Part shown: positions 19,143 through 31,191 of the stretch, piece by piece
Layout of the letters: the number at the start of each line of letters is the position of its first letter
Numbering within the stretch: the first letter of the stretch is position 1
Source: an uncultured delta proteobacterium
GTDB lineage: Bacteria > Desulfobacterota > RBG-13-43-22
Assembly: GCA_963802945.1 (NCBI GenBank)
Contig: CAWDKY010000033.1
Span: 67,024 to 131,023, forward strand
Direction: 5' to 3'
DNA length: 64,000 nucleotides
The notes under the pieces: generated by a model
The model's input: only the letters and a program-made list of their open reading frames with translations
Database searches by the model: none
Told to the model about the DNA's origin: nothing
Position numbers and translations under genes: made by a program

Positions 19143-20936
19143 TTATCCTTTTGAGGAAACAAGGATTCCTTTTCTCCTTTGGAGTAAGTCTTTTTTCAAA
19201 ACCAACAGGGACCTCAACTCTTCAGTAATCCCTGCCTTTTCCTTGGACCGGATCTCCCGGTAAAGGGCTTTCTCTTGCTGTTGTAACTGCCTTAAATGAA
19301 TCCGTTTGATCAGGTCGGATAAAAAGGCTTCTTCGTCTTTTTGATCCACAAAGGCCTGGATGGCCAGGGCTGTAACCCGGTTTTTCAAAACCTGATCTTC
19401 GAGTTGATTGACCAAAAGACCGGGATTAACTTCACCCTGTTGTTGATAGGTTGCTTTGATGGTTTCATAGATGGCTCTGGCCTCCGGCGATTCAAAACAA
19501 TCCCCTTGATCTTCATTCAAAAGCAAATGGGCGGCCTGAGGGATCCGCATGATAGCTTCTATCATATGCCACTCCAGGCCAGGGACCTGTTCCGACTTTA
19601 CTGGATTTTGAACCTGGTCAGACCCTTTTTGCGGCCTCTTTGAAACCTTCAAGGATCTCCAGAGGACCGATTCTGGGATTTTTAATTTATCGCTCACCAG
19701 ACCGACATAATAAGCCCGTTCCACCTCCGAATTCAGGGCCTTCAAATGAGGCACCAAACGCGCCACCATTCGGGCTTGATCCTGGACCTGAGGCCTGACC
19801 TCTTTCATTTGCTGATTAAAAAAGAAGGTCATCATGGGCTCGGCCTGTTCGAGATCGGCGGTAAATCTGTCCGGCCCTACCTGAAAGAGGTAACTGTCCG
19901 GATCGGTATTGAGGGGCAGGACCTTGATCCTGGCTGAAACTCCTTCCTGTTGAAAAAGAAGGACGCTCCTCAAAGCCGCTTGGATACCTGGAAGATCTCC
20001 GTCAAAAAGAAGGATCAGATCCTCAGCCATTCCCTTTAATTTTCGAATCTGAAAAGAGCCCAAGGCGGTTCCCAGGGTAGCTACGGCCTGCTTAAACCCA
20101 TGCAGGTGTAAAGATAATAAATCAAAATAACCTTCCACGATCACCGCTTGATTAAGCCGGCGAATCGTGGAGGCTGCCTGCGGCAGTCCGTAAAGGACAC
20201 GTCCTTTATTAAAGATTGCCGATTCGGGAGAATTCAGATACTTGGGGGTTTCCTCACCCAAGGCCCGGCCCCCAAACCCAATGATTCTTTTCTGTTCGTC
20301 AAAAATCGGGAAGATGAGCCGGTTTCTGAATCGATCATAATGACCGCCCTTCTCCTTTTTGATGACCAGACCCGATTGTTCCAAAAGGGAAATAGGGATT
20401 TTTTTCTGGTTCAAGAAAGAGGCCAGCCGATCCCATCCTTCCGGAGAATACCCCAGGAAAAATTCCTCGGCCAACTTACTGTTCATCTTTCGGAATTTAA
20501 GATATTCTCGGCCTTTTTGTCCGATTTTCTCTTTCATCAAAAGATGATGGTAAAATTCTGCCGCCTGGATATGGAGGCCACGCAACTCTTCTTTGATGCT
20601 TCGCCCGGCCTCGGATGGTCGTCCCAAGGTGGTCTTGGGCAAGGAGATCCCCAGCCGCTCGGCCAGTTCGCTCACGGCTTCGGGGAAGGTCAGATGGTGA
20701 TAGTGCATGAAAAAGGTGAAGACATTTCCTCCCAGGCCGCACCCGAAACAGTGGAAAATCTGTTTCTCTTCATTAACCATGAAGGAAGGGGTCTTTTCCG
20801 GATGGAAAGGGCATAAGCCTTGAAAATTTCGCCCCGTCTTTTTTAAAGCAACAACCTCAGAAATAATGCTCACCAGGTTGACGGCATCTTTGATTTGGGC
20901 AATAAACGATTCAGGGAAAAAAGAAGTCTTAGACAT
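19143..20936 (-). CDS. dnaG: DNA primase
   Basis: [31 protein letters not shown]. Confidence 0.98.
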   Translation of the reverse strand: MSKTSFFPESFIAQIKDAVNLVSIISEVVALKKTGRNFQGLCPFHPEKTPSFMVNEEKQIFHCFGCGLGGNVFTFFMHYHHLTFPEAVSELAERLGISLPKTTLGRPSEAGRSIKEELRGLHIQAAEFYHHLLMKEKIGQKGREYLKFRKMNSKLAEEFFLGYSPEGWDRLASFLNQKKIPISLLEQSGLVIKKEKGGHYDRFRNRLIFPIFDEQKRIIGFGGRALGEETPKYLNSPESAIFNKGRVLYGLPQAASTIRRLNQAVIVEGYFDLLSLHLHGFKQAVATLGTALGSFQIRKLKGMAEDLILLFDGDLPGIQAALRSVLLFQQEGVSARIKVLPLNTDPDSYLFQVGPDRFTADLEQAEPMMTFFFNQQMKEVRPQVQDQARMVARLVPHLKALNSEVERAYYVGLVSDKLKIPESVLWRSLKVSKRPQKGSDQVQNPVKSEQVPGLEWHMIEAIMRIPQAAHLLLNEDQGDCFESPEARAIYETIKATYQQQGEVNPGLLVNQLEDQVLKNRVTALAIQAFVDQKDEEAFLSDLIKRIHLRQLQQQEKALYREIRSKEKAGITEELRSLLVLKKDLLQRRKGILVSSKG

Positions 20937-21019
20937 TGGCTTGGTTCCAGTAAAATGAAGATTCCCCGGCCGCCGACAGCGGGCAGGGAATCTTAACTCT
21001 CAAGGAAGGATTTTTTCTC

Positions 21020-21478
21020 CTATTCGGAGGAAAGTTTTTGTTTGACAATAGATTGAATCGTTTGCCCTTCTGCTCGACCGGCCAGTCGGGCTACGGTCGC
21101 TTTCATCACCTTGCCCATATCTTTTATCCCGCCGGCCTTGAGCTCCAGGATGATTTGATCGACAATCTCCTCTATCTCTGAAGGAGTGGCCTGGGCAGGA
21201 AGAAATCCAGAAAAGATTTTTATTTCGGCCTTCTCCTTTTCCGACAGATCCAGCCGCCCGCCTTTTTCAAACTGTTCAATGGCCTCTTTCCCCTGTCTTA
21301 TTAATCCCCTAATAACAGAGAGAATTTCTGGATCTTCCAGTTTCCCGCGGCGTTCGACCTCTTTATTTTTTAACGCCGATCGAAGCATCCGCAAGGCTGA
21401 AAGCCTAGGTTTGTCTTGGGTCTTTAAGGCTGTCTTGAACTGTTCTTCGATTTCTGGCATCAAGCTCATGATCATCAA
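21020..21478 (-). CDS. GatB/YqeY-domain protein
   Basis: LRMLRSALKNKE, KDMGKVM. Confidence 0.93.
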   Translation of the reverse strand: MMIMSLMPEIEEQFKTALKTQDKPRLSALRMLRSALKNKEVERRGKLEDPEILSVIRGLIRQGKEAIEQFEKGGRLDLSEKEKAEIKIFSGFLPAQATPSEIEEIVDQIILELKAGGIKDMGKVMKATVARLAGRAEGQTIQSIVKQKLSSE

Positions 21479-21505
21479 ATCCGGGGAAATATGTTTAATT
21501 GTAAA

Positions 21506-21533
21506 AATATAATCAGTAATTCGGCAATGTCAA
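21506..21533 (-). promoter_or_regulatory. Sigma70 promoter upstream of yqeY-dnaG-rpoD
   Basis: TTGACA-16 nt-TATATT. Confidence 0.55.
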
Positions 21534-22285
21534 GAAAAAATACTTGCCTGCTGAGGCGTGTTTTTTTTAAGCCAATCTATGGCTTCGGCAAGGATCAAAG
21601 AGCCGCTGTAGATAGCCCGGCCGGTGATCATTCCCGCTAGGCCGTCAGCTCCCAAAGGAGCCAAGTTTTGAACATCGGCCAACGTGGCAATACCTCCGGC
21701 CGCAATCACTGGAAGGCGGGTGGCTTGGGCCAATCGGCGAGTTGAAGAGATGGATGGGCCTTGCTGGGTTCCATCCCGGGAAATATCCGTGAAAATGATG
21801 GCCTTGACTCCCCAGTCTTCATAGGTTTTGACCAGATCAACAGGATCGATTTCAGAAAGCTCGGTCCAGCCTTCTACGGCGATTCGATTATCCCGGGCAT
21901 CCAGGCTGACCATGATCTGATCCGGGAAGAGTCGGCAGGCTTCCCGAACCATCGAGGGATCTTTTAAAGCCGCAGTCCCTATAATAACCTGGGCCAATCC
22001 CAAAGACAGATACTGTTCCACGGTTTGCAGATCTCTGATGCCTCCACCAAGCTGGATCGGTGTTGGTATGGTTTTAACGATCTCCTTGATGATGGAACTA
22101 TTCCGGGGTCCTTTTTCAAAGGCCCCATCCAGATCAATAATATGAAGACGTTCGGCCCCCTGTTGAATCCATTGCCGGGCCATATCCTGGGGACGGTCTG
22201 AAAAAACGGTCTCGGCATCGGCTCGTCCTTCCCGAAGCCGGACACACCGGCCGCCTTTAATATCCACTGCGGGTATAATGATCAT
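21530..22285 (-). CDS. hisA: ProFAR isomerase
   Basis: IPAVDIKGGRCVRL, DLDGA, GGGIR, TDISRDG. Confidence 0.97.
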   Translation of the reverse strand: MIIIPAVDIKGGRCVRLREGRADAETVFSDRPQDMARQWIQQGAERLHIIDLDGAFEKGPRNSSIIKEIVKTIPTPIQLGGGIRDLQTVEQYLSLGLAQVIIGTAALKDPSMVREACRLFPDQIMVSLDARDNRIAVEGWTELSEIDPVDLVKTYEDWGVKAIIFTDISRDGTQQGPSISSTRRLAQATRLPVIAAGGIATLADVQNLAPLGADGLAGMITGRAIYSGSLILAEAIDWLKKNTPQQASIFS

Positions 22286-22317
22286 AAATAAAACAATTCG
22301 AGGTTTATGAATTCACT

Positions 22318-22411
22318 GTTCAAAGTTAAATTTCTAGGTTCAGGGTATAAGTGTTGGGAGGTTAAATAATTATTATAGATTTTTCAACTTTGAACTTTGA
22401 ACCTTGAACTT
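22318..22411. repeat. Inverted heptamer arrays (GTTCAAA / TTTGAAC type)
   Basis: Right arm ACTTTGAACTTTGAACCTTGAACTT; left arm degenerate GTTCAAAGTTAAA...GGTTCAGGGT. Confidence 0.75.
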
Positions 22412-23076
22412 TATTCCTTCCGAAGTGTTTCAGCGGACGGAAAATCTTTCAACATGTCCATCAATCCCTGGCGGGAAAGTTCCTTAACCGTAACCCAGCG
22501 CATTTTACTTTTAATGAAGGATTTCATTTCAAAAAGATTTTCACTGAGGGATTTTTGAGTCTGTGCCCACTGGGCCTTCCAGACCAGGTTGCCATCTTGA
22601 ACTTTTAAAAGATGGAGGTCCATGGCTATCGAGGCCGGTTGTTGAACCCCATAGGCTGTTCCTTTTCTTTCTTGATAGTGAAAGACGGTCCCCCAAAGCA
22701 CATAATCCGCTTTCATCTGGATGCCTATGGCTTTCATTAAAATTAAGGGGTTTTTCTCGATCCCCTTGGCCAGCAAGGTATTGTAAACCCCCTCCACCTG
22801 GCCTGGAGGGATTAATTCAAAGCCTTTCCCCTTTTCCTGAATGAATTCCCATAGCAGATCGATCAGGGTGGAAGCCGGATCCTCTTCAATGGGTCCACTT
22901 TCCATGATATTTCCGCAAGATCGGCAGCGGATAACTTCTTTCCCGTAGCCGTGTTCCACTTCAAACGGCGCAACAGCCAAGCGCACTTCTGCCAAGGAGC
23001 AATTCACCAGTATAATAAACAACACCCCTATCGCCAACATCAGCAACAAGGACACTTTTTTTATTTTTTGTTTCAT
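22411..23076 (-). CDS. Exported hypothetical protein (CsgG/TolB-N-like alpha/beta pattern, CxxC)
   Basis: Signal-like N-terminus; LAVAPF, CRSC, ADYVLWGTV, GNLVW. Confidence 0.75.
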   Translation of the reverse strand: MKQKIKKVSLLLMLAIGVLFIILVNCSLAEVRLAVAPFEVEHGYGKEVIRCRSCGNIMESGPIEEDPASTLIDLLWEFIQEKGKGFELIPPGQVEGVYNTLLAKGIEKNPLILMKAIGIQMKADYVLWGTVFHYQERKGTAYGVQQPASIAMDLHLLKVQDGNLVWKAQWAQTQKSLSENLFEMKSFIKSKMRWVTVKELSRQGLMDMLKDFPSAETLRKE

Positions 23077-23678
23077 TAGAGTATCCCCTTGGTCGAACGT
23101 ACCGTTTTCAAACCCACCTCAACACGACTGGCCTCAGCCATAGCCTGCCCAAAGCCTTTAAACATGGCTTCAATGATATGGTGAACATTTTCTCCGTCCA
23201 AAACCCTCAGATGCAGAGTGAAGCCGCCCCGATTGACCAAGGCCTGAAAAAATTCCTTGATCAAGGCCGTATCAAAGCCTTCCACCCGGACCTTGCGTGG
23301 TTTCCAGCCATAGGAAAGCTTGGGGCGCCGGGAAATGTCAACAGCCACCAGAACCAGGGCCTCATCCATGGGGAGAAGGGAACTCCCGTATCGTTTAAGC
23401 CCCTTTAAATCTCCCCAGCACCTTTTGAAAGCATCTCCCAGACAAATGCCGATATCTTCCACCGTATGATGAAAACCCACCTCTATGTCCCCCTGGGCTT
23501 TCAGATCAAGGTCTAAAGATCCATGATGGGCCATCAGCTCCAGCATATGATTCAGGAAAGGAACCGGAGATTCTATGCGGCTTTTTCCCTTTCCATCTAG
23601 AGACATTTTCAGCCGGATTTGGGTCTCCCGGGTCTCTCTGTTCACCTCCGCGCTTCGTCGTTTTGTAGCCTTTGGCAT
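23076..23678 (-). CDS. hisB: Imidazoleglycerol-phosphate dehydratase
   Basis: RETRETQI, FLNHML, HHTVED, PMDE, NVHHIIEA. Confidence 0.97.
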   Translation of the reverse strand: MPKATKRRSAEVNRETRETQIRLKMSLDGKGKSRIESPVPFLNHMLELMAHHGSLDLDLKAQGDIEVGFHHTVEDIGICLGDAFKRCWGDLKGLKRYGSSLLPMDEALVLVAVDISRRPKLSYGWKPRKVRVEGFDTALIKEFFQALVNRGGFTLHLRVLDGENVHHIIEAMFKGFGQAMAEASRVEVGLKTVRSTKGIL

Positions 23679-23801
23679 TAGATTTCAGCTTTCAAGTTAC
23701 AAGATTTTAACTTCAAGTTTAACATATATTAATAGCCTTAACTAATTTTAATTTTTAACCTTTCTCATCTCATCCATGGCTTACTTTTTTGCCTGTTATT
23801 T

Positions 23802-23877
23802 TGGTGGAGATGGGGGGGATCGAACCCCCGACCTGTACGTTGCGAACGTACCGCTCTCCCATCTGAGCTACATCCCC
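23802..23877 (-). tRNA. tRNA-Ala(CGC)
   Basis: GGGGATGTAGCTCAG...TTCGCAA...GGTTCGAT...TCTCCACCA; G3:U70. Confidence 0.96.
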
Positions 23878-23963
23878 ACAATGACCCGAAAGGATTCAAG
23901 GAGCCAAGTCTCGCCAACGGCGGGCTTGGGCCCTATCTCCTAAAACCACTATATCAAAAAAAT

Positions 23964-23992
23964 TTGACAACTCATTAATAAAAATATATTAT
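23964..23992 (+). promoter_or_regulatory. Sigma70 promoter of rpsT
   Basis: TTGACA-17 nt-TATTAT; GAGGAGG RBS downstream. Confidence 0.7.
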
Positions 23993-24022
23993 TGATTATA
24001 CTTTTTTAATGAGGAGGTTTCT

Positions 24023-24307
24023 TTGGCTAATCATCCCTCGGCCCTTAAAAGGGCTAAACAAAACAAGGTTCGCCGTTTTCGAAATGCGAGCCAGAAATCA
24101 AAAATAAAGACAACGGTTAAAAAGTACCTTCAAACCCTGGAAGCTTCATCCCAAGAACCAGCATCTCCGGCCCTGATTCAGGCTGTTTCTTTGATTGGCC
24201 GCGCCGGTTCCAAAGGCATTTTACACCAGCGAACAGCCTCCCGAAAAATTTCCAGACTTTCAAAAAAACTCAATAAAATTTCCAGACAACCAACTGCCCA
24301 AGCCTAA
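24023..24307 (+). CDS. rpsT: 30S ribosomal protein S20
   Basis: ANHPSALKRAKQ, KGILHQRTASRKISRL; TTG start. Confidence 0.97.
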   Translation: MANHPSALKRAKQNKVRRFRNASQKSKIKTTVKKYLQTLEASSQEPASPALIQAVSLIGRAGSKGILHQRTASRKISRLSKKLNKISRQPTAQA

Positions 24308-24834
24308 AAATCTTCCAGTATCCCATTGTGGATCCGTTCGGAGAGGTCCTGGGCAATTTTCTTAATCGCAGTTTGTTTGTAACTCTCGGTCTGATTGGGA
24401 TCGCTGGTAACGTTGTAGATCTCATATCTTGACAATCCCTGATTCTGCCAGAGGATCTTTTTATTATCGGATCGCCGGCAATTAATCTCCAGGGTAATGG
24501 TCACCCTTCTCTGCAAGGCCTGAGTCTGGTTGGTATAAATGACCGGATCTATGGCGGCGGATTTAATTTTTCCAATGATCTGGGCCTGAGCCGTTGATTC
24601 CGAAACCACCTGCAGGACTCGGCTCCGGTTAAATTCATAAATCAAGGCATTGGCAAAAACAACATCTATCCCCGGTTCGATGGTTTCATTGATAAAAGGG
24701 GGGATGTATACGCCTTTGATATCTGTGGGCAGGTTATTAACGGTCCCTTGAAAACTGTACCCGCATCCAGAAATAATAAACAAAACCCCGAGCCCGATAA
24801 GTACCCTGAGACTACTTGGACGGATTCTTTTCAC
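24304..24834 (-). CDS. lptE: LPS assembly lipoprotein LptE family
   Basis: Lipobox ISGCGYSF, FINET; lies after leuS. Confidence 0.85.
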   Translation of the reverse strand: MKRIRPSSLRVLIGLGVLFIISGCGYSFQGTVNNLPTDIKGVYIPPFINETIEPGIDVVFANALIYEFNRSRVLQVVSESTAQAQIIGKIKSAAIDPVIYTNQTQALQRRVTITLEINCRRSDNKKILWQNQGLSRYEIYNVTSDPNQTESYKQTAIKKIAQDLSERIHNGILEDF

Positions 24835-24854
24835 GGAAAATCTCCTCTTTTAAC

Positions 24855-25002
24855 TAGGTGTTTAGGTTAAAGACTGAAGGCTGAAGATATTAAACCATCT
24901 CGCTAAGCAGAGTCAAGCTGCTGAAGAAAAAATCTGGTTCTGCACTCGTTCAATACTTTTGTTTTGAGGAATTTGCTAACAACCTTCAGTCTATCCACCT
25001 AA
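24855..25002. repeat. Inverted heptamer arrays (GGCTGAA / TTCAGTC type), degenerate
   Basis: TAGGTGTTTAGGTTAAAGACTGAAGGCTGAAG ... CCTTCAGTCTATCCACCTA. Confidence 0.65.
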
Positions 25003-25007
25003 TATGC

Positions 25008-27500
25008 TTATTTTACAACGATATTGACTAATTTCCTTTGAACCACAATAGTCTTGATCGCCTCTTTTCCCTGAAGCCATTCCTGGATTCGCGGCTGTTC
25101 CAAAGCCATGGCCTTGATTTCTTCATCCGTAACCGAAGGCCTAATCGTAATCCTGGAACGGACCTTGCCGTTGACCTGGATGACGACTACCTGTTCTTCT
25201 TCCTTCAAAGCCTCGGGATCCCATTTCGGCCAGGGTTGATCATGGATGCTCCCCTTTTTTCCCAAGACCTGCCAGAGTTCCTCACACACATGGGGTACGA
25301 TAGGCGCAAGGAGGATCAGACCGGTTTCCACAGCCCCGGCCAGCAGAGCATTCTTCATTGGATCCTCCCGCTCTTCGGCCTGATATAAATACAGGGTATT
25401 GACCAATTCCATGACGGCACTGATGGCCGTATTGAAATGAAACCGGTCCTCAACATCTTCCGTAACTTTTTTGATGGTCTGGTTTAATTTAATATAGAGA
25501 CTTCGGTCAGGGCCGCTGACGGGAATATTTTTTGGCGAAAGGGATTTCCCTCGTATTTCATCTTGACATTCTAAAACCAAATTCCAGAACCGGTGAAGAA
25601 AACGGAAAGAACCCTCAACCCCCTGGTCGCTCCATTCCAAATCCCGATCCGGTGGAGAAGCAAAGAGGCAGAAAAGCCGCACTGTATCGGCCCCATATTT
25701 TTGGATCAGTTCATTGGGATCCACGACATTGCCTTTGGATTTGGACATCTTGGACCCATCTTTAATCACCATCCCCTGGGTAAGCAGGTTGACGAAAGGT
25801 TCGTCCACTTTCAACCAACCCATATCCCTGAGGACCTTGGTAAAAAATCGGGCATATAACAGGTGTAGGACCGCATGTTCAATCCCACCGATATATTGAT
25901 CCACCGGCATCCAGTAGTCCACCCGGCTTGCATCCAGAGGCCCTTGATGATAATCCGGACAAGCGTAACGGTCGAAATACCAGGAGGACTCCACAAAGGT
26001 ATCCATGGTATCGGTTTCCCGGCGTCCCGGACCATGACACTTGGGGCAGATGGTTTCTATAAATTCTTTAAGCAAAGGCAGAGGTGATCCTCCGGCAGGA
26101 GTGATTTCGGCCTCTAAAGGCAGGAGAACCGGCAGGTCTTCTTCCCGGACCGGTACGATCCCGCACCGGTCGCAATAAATCATCGGGATGGGCGCACCCC
26201 AATACCGTTGTCTGGAAACGCCCCAATCCCGCAAGCGGTATTGAACTTTTTCCCTGCCCTGCCCTTTCTCTTCCAAATAACGGGTAATGGCCTTCTTGGC
26301 CTCTTCATAGTCCTGTCCATTAAAAGGGCCGGAGTTGACTAATCTCCCCGGTCCCTCATGGGCTTCTTTCATGGTTTCCGGACTCAAGGGTTCTTGACCC
26401 TCCGGCTGAATAACCACTCGAAGCGGTAAACCATACTTGCGGGCAAATTCAAAATCCCGCTGGTCATGGGTGGGTACGGCCATCACCGCCCCGGTCCCGT
26501 ATCCCATGAGAACAAAATTGGCGACAAAGATGGGCATCTCCTCTTGCGTAAGCGGGTTGATGCAATAAGCGCCGGTGAAAACACCTTCTTTCTCCAAATC
26601 AACATCCGAATCTGGACGGCGGTTCAATCCCTGAACCTTTTTCATAAAGGCCTTGACCGGTTCTTCCTGAGCAGTGTTCCGGCAGAACTCCAGAACCAAT
26701 GGGTGTTCAACCGCCAAGCTCATGAAGGTGGCGCCGAAAAGGGTATCGGGCCTGGTGGTAAAAACGGTTAATTTCCCGGACCCATCGGCCAGAGGAAAAT
26801 CGATTTCAGTCCCGATGCTTTTCCCGATCCAATTGCGCTGCATGGTCAGGACCTTTTCCGGCCACCCCGGCAGTTTCTCGCACCACGAAAGCAACTCTTC
26901 CGCATATTGGGTGATCCGGAAAAACCACTGTTCCAATTCCTTTCCCTGAACCGGATTTTCGCAACGCCAGCATTGCCCATCTCCCACGACCTGCTCATTG
27001 GCCAGAACGGTCTGACATTGGGAACACCAGTTGACCAGAGACTTCCGGCGATAGATCAGACCTTTGTCCCACATTTTCAAGAAAAAAAGCTGCTCCCATT
27101 TATAATACTCGGGATCACAGGTGGCCAGTTCGCGGTCCCAGTCGTAACTGAATCCCAATCGTTTCAACTGGGCCCTCATGTAGTTGATATTGTCATAGGT
27201 CCAGCGGGCCGGATGGATCTTGTTGGCAATGGCCGCATTTTCAGCCGGCATTCCGAAGGCGTCCCAACCCATGGGATGTAGAACATTGAACCCTCTCATC
27301 CGTTTATAGCGGGCCACCACATCACCGATGGTGTAATTCCGCACATGGCCCATGTGGATCCTCCCCGATGGATAAGGAAACATCTCCAGGAGATAATATT
27401 TTTTCCGTGCCGGATCCTCGACTACCCTGAAGGCCTTATTCTGTTCCCATCGGGCCTGCCATTTGGCCTCGATATTATGGGGATTATATTTTTCTTTCAT
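25008..27500 (-). CDS. leuS: Leucine--tRNA ligase
   Basis: MFPYPSG, HMGH, editing-domain TTRPDT and GTGAVM, KMSKS. Confidence 0.98.
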   Translation of the reverse strand: MKEKYNPHNIEAKWQARWEQNKAFRVVEDPARKKYYLLEMFPYPSGRIHMGHVRNYTIGDVVARYKRMRGFNVLHPMGWDAFGMPAENAAIANKIHPARWTYDNINYMRAQLKRLGFSYDWDRELATCDPEYYKWEQLFFLKMWDKGLIYRRKSLVNWCSQCQTVLANEQVVGDGQCWRCENPVQGKELEQWFFRITQYAEELLSWCEKLPGWPEKVLTMQRNWIGKSIGTEIDFPLADGSGKLTVFTTRPDTLFGATFMSLAVEHPLVLEFCRNTAQEEPVKAFMKKVQGLNRRPDSDVDLEKEGVFTGAYCINPLTQEEMPIFVANFVLMGYGTGAVMAVPTHDQRDFEFARKYGLPLRVVIQPEGQEPLSPETMKEAHEGPGRLVNSGPFNGQDYEEAKKAITRYLEEKGQGREKVQYRLRDWGVSRQRYWGAPIPMIYCDRCGIVPVREEDLPVLLPLEAEITPAGGSPLPLLKEFIETICPKCHGPGRRETDTMDTFVESSWYFDRYACPDYHQGPLDASRVDYWMPVDQYIGGIEHAVLHLLYARFFTKVLRDMGWLKVDEPFVNLLTQGMVIKDGSKMSKSKGNVVDPNELIQKYGADTVRLFCLFASPPDRDLEWSDQGVEGSFRFLHRFWNLVLECQDEIRGKSLSPKNIPVSGPDRSLYIKLNQTIKKVTEDVEDRFHFNTAISAVMELVNTLYLYQAEEREDPMKNALLAGAVETGLILLAPIVPHVCEELWQVLGKKGSIHDQPWPKWDPEALKEEEQVVVIQVNGKVRSRITIRPSVTDEEIKAMALEQPRIQEWLQGKEAIKTIVVQRKLVNIVVK

Positions 27501-27659
27501 AAGTCTATCATCTCGCAAAATCTCGCCAGGTTAAATCGGGGGGGTTCAGAAATCTTTTCCATCCCCACCCCTTTATCCCTCTCTGAGGGGAGTCCGAGGG
27601 AGTAAGGAATTTTCAACCATTGGGATATAAAGCAGAAGGTTTGAATATTTTTCAAACAC

Positions 27660-28109
27660 CTATGATAATTTGGGGGACTCTAATTTCTCCATACTTGATT
27701 TCCCGGATCGTTCCAAAAAAATACTGTCCAAAATGCCGTTGATAAAGGCACCGGACTCTTCCGTTCCGTATTGTTTTCCCAGATCAATGGCCTCATTAAT
27801 GGCTACTCGGGGAGGGATGTCGTCACAATAAACGAGTTCATAAACAGCCATTCTCAAAATATTTCTATCCACTCCGGACATCCGCTCTATCCGCCAATTT
27901 TCAGCATAATCCTTAATAAGCCGATCAATGGCTTTTTTTTGATCCCAAACCCCATGGACGAGCCTGAAAAAATAAGGCTGGGATCCTTTCTTGACCGGAA
28001 AGTTCTCTAAAAAAACAGCCAAGGACTGCTCAAGAGGATTAGAAGGATTCATCTCCATCAGGAACAAGGCTTGAAGGGCCGCCTCTCGAGATTTTCTTCG
28101 GCTGCCCAT
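27660..28109 (-). CDS. nusB: Transcription antitermination factor NusB
   Basis: [29 protein letters not shown]. Confidence 0.96.
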   Translation of the reverse strand: MGSRRKSREAALQALFLMEMNPSNPLEQSLAVFLENFPVKKGSQPYFFRLVHGVWDQKKAIDRLIKDYAENWRIERMSGVDRNILRMAVYELVYCDDIPPRVAINEAIDLGKQYGTEESGAFINGILDSIFLERSGKSSMEKLESPKLS

Positions 28110-28176
28110 AGACGAGGTTTTAGCAATAAGGGGTAAGGCCGAAGCCTCTCTTGGTCCCATACTGACACTATCAAAA

Positions 28177-28647
28177 CTATCCCTGAATTTGTTTGAATAA
28201 ATCCACCATCTCAATCGCGGCTATGGCCGAACTCCATCCTTTGTTGCCAGCCTTCGATCCGGCCCTTTCAATGGCCTGTTCCAGGGTGTCGGTGGTAATC
28301 ACCCCAAAAGCCATTGGAGTCCCGGTCTCCAGAGATGCATTGGCGATGCCTTTAGATACTTCGGCACTGACATACTCAAAATGGGGTGTCGCTCCCCGGA
28401 TCACCGCCCCAAGACAGATAATGGCATCATATTTTTTTTGCAAAGCCAATTGCTTGGCCACCAGGGGAATTTCAAAAGCTCCCGGCACTTTAAAAACAGC
28501 CACGTCTTTCTCTCTGGCGCCGTTTCGATGCAGGGCATCTAGGGCCCCTCCCACTAAATGTTCGCCGATGAAATCATTAAATCGACTCACCACAATGGCG
28601 AATTTCATCCCTTCGGCCTGCAATTTTCCCTCAAAAACCCTGGCCAT
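28177..28647 (-). CDS. ribH: Lumazine synthase
   Basis: [31 protein letters not shown]. Confidence 0.97.
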   Translation of the reverse strand: MARVFEGKLQAEGMKFAIVVSRFNDFIGEHLVGGALDALHRNGAREKDVAVFKVPGAFEIPLVAKQLALQKKYDAIICLGAVIRGATPHFEYVSAEVSKGIANASLETGTPMAFGVITTDTLEQAIERAGSKAGNKGWSSAIAAIEMVDLFKQIQG

Positions 28648-28670
28648 AGTATTTCCTCCTTTAAAAATAT

Positions 28671-28766
28671 AGGGTATAAGGTTCAAGGTCCAAGGAAAAA
28701 CCATTTACCTTACACCTTGCACCTTGTACCATTCAGTTAATTGACCCCTTGAATCCTAGAATCCTT
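28671..28766. repeat. Inverted heptamer arrays (AAGGTNC / GCACCTT) followed by a half octamer array
   Basis: AGGGTATAAGGTTCAAGGTCCAAGG ... CCTTACACCTTGCACCTTGTACC; then TTGACCCC TTGAATCC TAGAATCC. Confidence 0.8.
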
Positions 28767-28769
28767 AAG

Positions 28770-29999
28770 TTATGATTTTGTTGACTCTGCGTCACTCGCA
28801 CCCAAGTTCAACAAGTGACCCATTTTTTGCCGTTTGGTTTTCAAATAATGAATATTCTCTTTCTTAGCAGAAATCTCAATGGGAACCCGTTCGGTTACTT
28901 TAATACCATACCCTTCCAGGCCAATAATCTTTTTGGGGTTATTGGTCATCAACCTCATCTGCCGAATCCCTAAATCTACTAATATCTGGGCTCCGATCCC
29001 ATAATCCCGCAGGTCAGCCTTAAAACCCAAGGCCTCATTGGCCTCCACCGTATCTTTCCCCTGATCCTGAAGCATATAGGCCTTGAGCTTGTTGACCAAC
29101 CCTATGCCCCTTCCCTCCTGCCGAATATATAGCAAAACCCCCTGTCCTTCTTTCTCGATTTTCATCAAAGCGGCTTTGAGTTGATCTCCACAATCGCAGC
29201 GAAATGACCCGAAGACATCGCCGGTCACACACTCTGAATGAACCCGGACCAGAATCTCTTTTTTGGGGCTGATTTCCCCTTTGAGCAGGGCCAGATGTTG
29301 ATAATCATCCACATCATTCTCATAAACAATAGCCTTAAAAGTTCCATAAGGTGTAGGCAAAGTCGTCTCCGCCCGGCGATGGACAAAGGATTCATTCTTG
29401 AAACGATATTCGATCAAATCCTTAATGGTAATGATCTTGAGTTGGTGCTCTTTGGAAAACAATTCCAAGTCCGGCATACGGGCCATGGTCCCGTCGTCTT
29501 TCATGACCTCACAGATGACCCCGTAGGGTTTCAATCCGGCCAAGCGGGCTAGATCTACAGAACCTTCGGTTTGTCCGGTACGAACTAAAACCCCTCCTGT
29601 TCGGGCCCGTAAAGGAAAGACGTGCCCGGGACTCACCAGATCTTCCGGCTGGGCCTTGTCGTCAATGGCAGCCAAAATAGTCGTAGCCCGGTCGGCGGCG
29701 GAAATCCCGGTGGTCACGCCCTTACGGGCCTCAATCGATACTGTAAAGGCCGTTTTTAAAGAAGAAGTGTTGTTGCGGACCATCATCGGCAGTTGTAATT
29801 GCTCGATTCTATCAGGTGTCAGGGAAAGGCAAATAAGACCACGTCCATACTTGGCCATGAAATTGATAGCCTCCGGGGTGATCTTTTCGGCGGCCATGGT
29901 CAGGTCCCCTTCGTTTTCCCGATCTTCATCGTCGACTAGAATAACCATTTTACCGGCCCTGATATCTTCCAGGGCTTCTTCAATTGTAGAAACAGGCAT
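28770..29999 (-). CDS. ribBA: Bifunctional DHBP synthase / GTP cyclohydrolase II
   Basis: [39 protein letters not shown]. Confidence 0.98.
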   Translation of the reverse strand: MPVSTIEEALEDIRAGKMVILVDDEDRENEGDLTMAAEKITPEAINFMAKYGRGLICLSLTPDRIEQLQLPMMVRNNTSSLKTAFTVSIEARKGVTTGISAADRATTILAAIDDKAQPEDLVSPGHVFPLRARTGGVLVRTGQTEGSVDLARLAGLKPYGVICEVMKDDGTMARMPDLELFSKEHQLKIITIKDLIEYRFKNESFVHRRAETTLPTPYGTFKAIVYENDVDDYQHLALLKGEISPKKEILVRVHSECVTGDVFGSFRCDCGDQLKAALMKIEKEGQGVLLYIRQEGRGIGLVNKLKAYMLQDQGKDTVEANEALGFKADLRDYGIGAQILVDLGIRQMRLMTNNPKKIIGLEGYGIKVTERVPIEISAKKENIHYLKTKRQKMGHLLNLGASDAESTKS

Positions 30000-30056
30000 A
30001 ATTCATTACTCCTCAGACTCTCTAACAATAAAATTGATACTCGATACTGGATACTA

Positions 30057-31191
30057 TAGTGAACGTCTTAAATAAGTGGACATAAAGATTTTATCTTTTG
30101 AGGTTTCCATCGTTGCGACCTTTTAAAGACAGAGACCTCCAGGGTTTCAAGAGTCTCAAAAAAGGCATTCGTTGTTTCCTCATAGCGCATGGTTCGCCAA
30201 AGAGTTTCTTGATAATTCAGCTCCGGATGGTAGGGCGGAAGATAGTGAAGATGCACTCGACGGTGTTGACTCCGAAAGTGCTCCACCATCTCTCCCCTGT
30301 GCCATGGGGCTCGATCTATCCAAAGATCGATACTCTTATCTTTGAAACGTATCATGATGCTTTTGAGAAGCCGCATAAAGCCCTCGGTATTGCCCTTCCT
30401 CCATTTCATCATGCCATGCAGCCCATCAACGGGAGCGACCCATCCAAAGAGATTAAGCCGCTTCTGATGTTGGCTCCGGGTGGAGACGTACGGTTGCGTT
30501 CCTTTCTTTACCCAGACACGACCCAGCCTCGGATGAAGACTAAACCCGCTTTCGTCCTCAAACAGAATGATTCTTCTTCCTTCGCTCTTTTCGGCCTGGC
30601 GGAGTTTTTTTTAATTCCCTCTGAAATGCCTCTACCCCTTCCTGGGAAGCCTGAACAAACCGGTACATCGGCTGCCTCAGGGAATACCCCAACTGACGTA
30701 TCCACCGTTGGGCATGGCGGACATGGATGGTTATGCGATGAAAACGCTTCAAATATTCCGTCAAGACCACCCCATCCCACCGGACCCGGGCAATGCCATA
30801 GTCTTTCGGAGACTTGGACAAGACCACGTCCAGTTCCCTCTTCAAGCGATCATCCAAGTGGGAAGGCCGGCCAGGGCGAAATCGATCGCGGACAGCCCCA
30901 ATTCCCTCCTCGTTGCTCTTATGAATCCATTTCACCACCGTCCACCGGGTCAACCCGAACAGTTCGGCAACAGCCGTGGATTTCCACCCGGCCAAGAGCA
31001 GAAGATAACCGGCGATCCGCATGCCGATCCAAGCTCCCGGAATTTCATCGGCCATTCGTAACAAGGTCTCTCGCGTCATCTTTGGGTGATCGAGGCTTAG
31101 AGCTTTCATGGCTTTCCTCCCAATGTGATTTTATTGGGAGTCATTATAGCATGGAATGCACATAATGTCTACTTATTTATGGCGTTAACTA
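30057..31191 (-). mobile_element. IS630-family insertion sequence (1135 bp)
   Basis: Imperfect TIRs TAGTGAACGTCTTAAATAAGTGGACAT vs TAGTTAACGCCATAAATAAGTAGACAT (23/27); TA duplicated within a CTAG target. Confidence 0.92.
30068..31109 (-). CDS. IS630 transposase, two frames joined at an A8 run (about 30605-30612)
   Basis: ORF A HTH (30558-31109); +1 frame open from the A run: LFEDESGF...WIDRAPWH...[15 protein letters not shown]. Confidence 0.88.

Noticed and set aside
27535-27607. Degenerate CCCTCTC/GAGGG palindrome before leuS as a T-box or leader
   Set aside because: No T-box consensus; single, weak copy.
30098-31165. 355-aa plus-strand ORF
   Set aside because: Antisense shadow of the IS630 transposase with no recognisable motifs.
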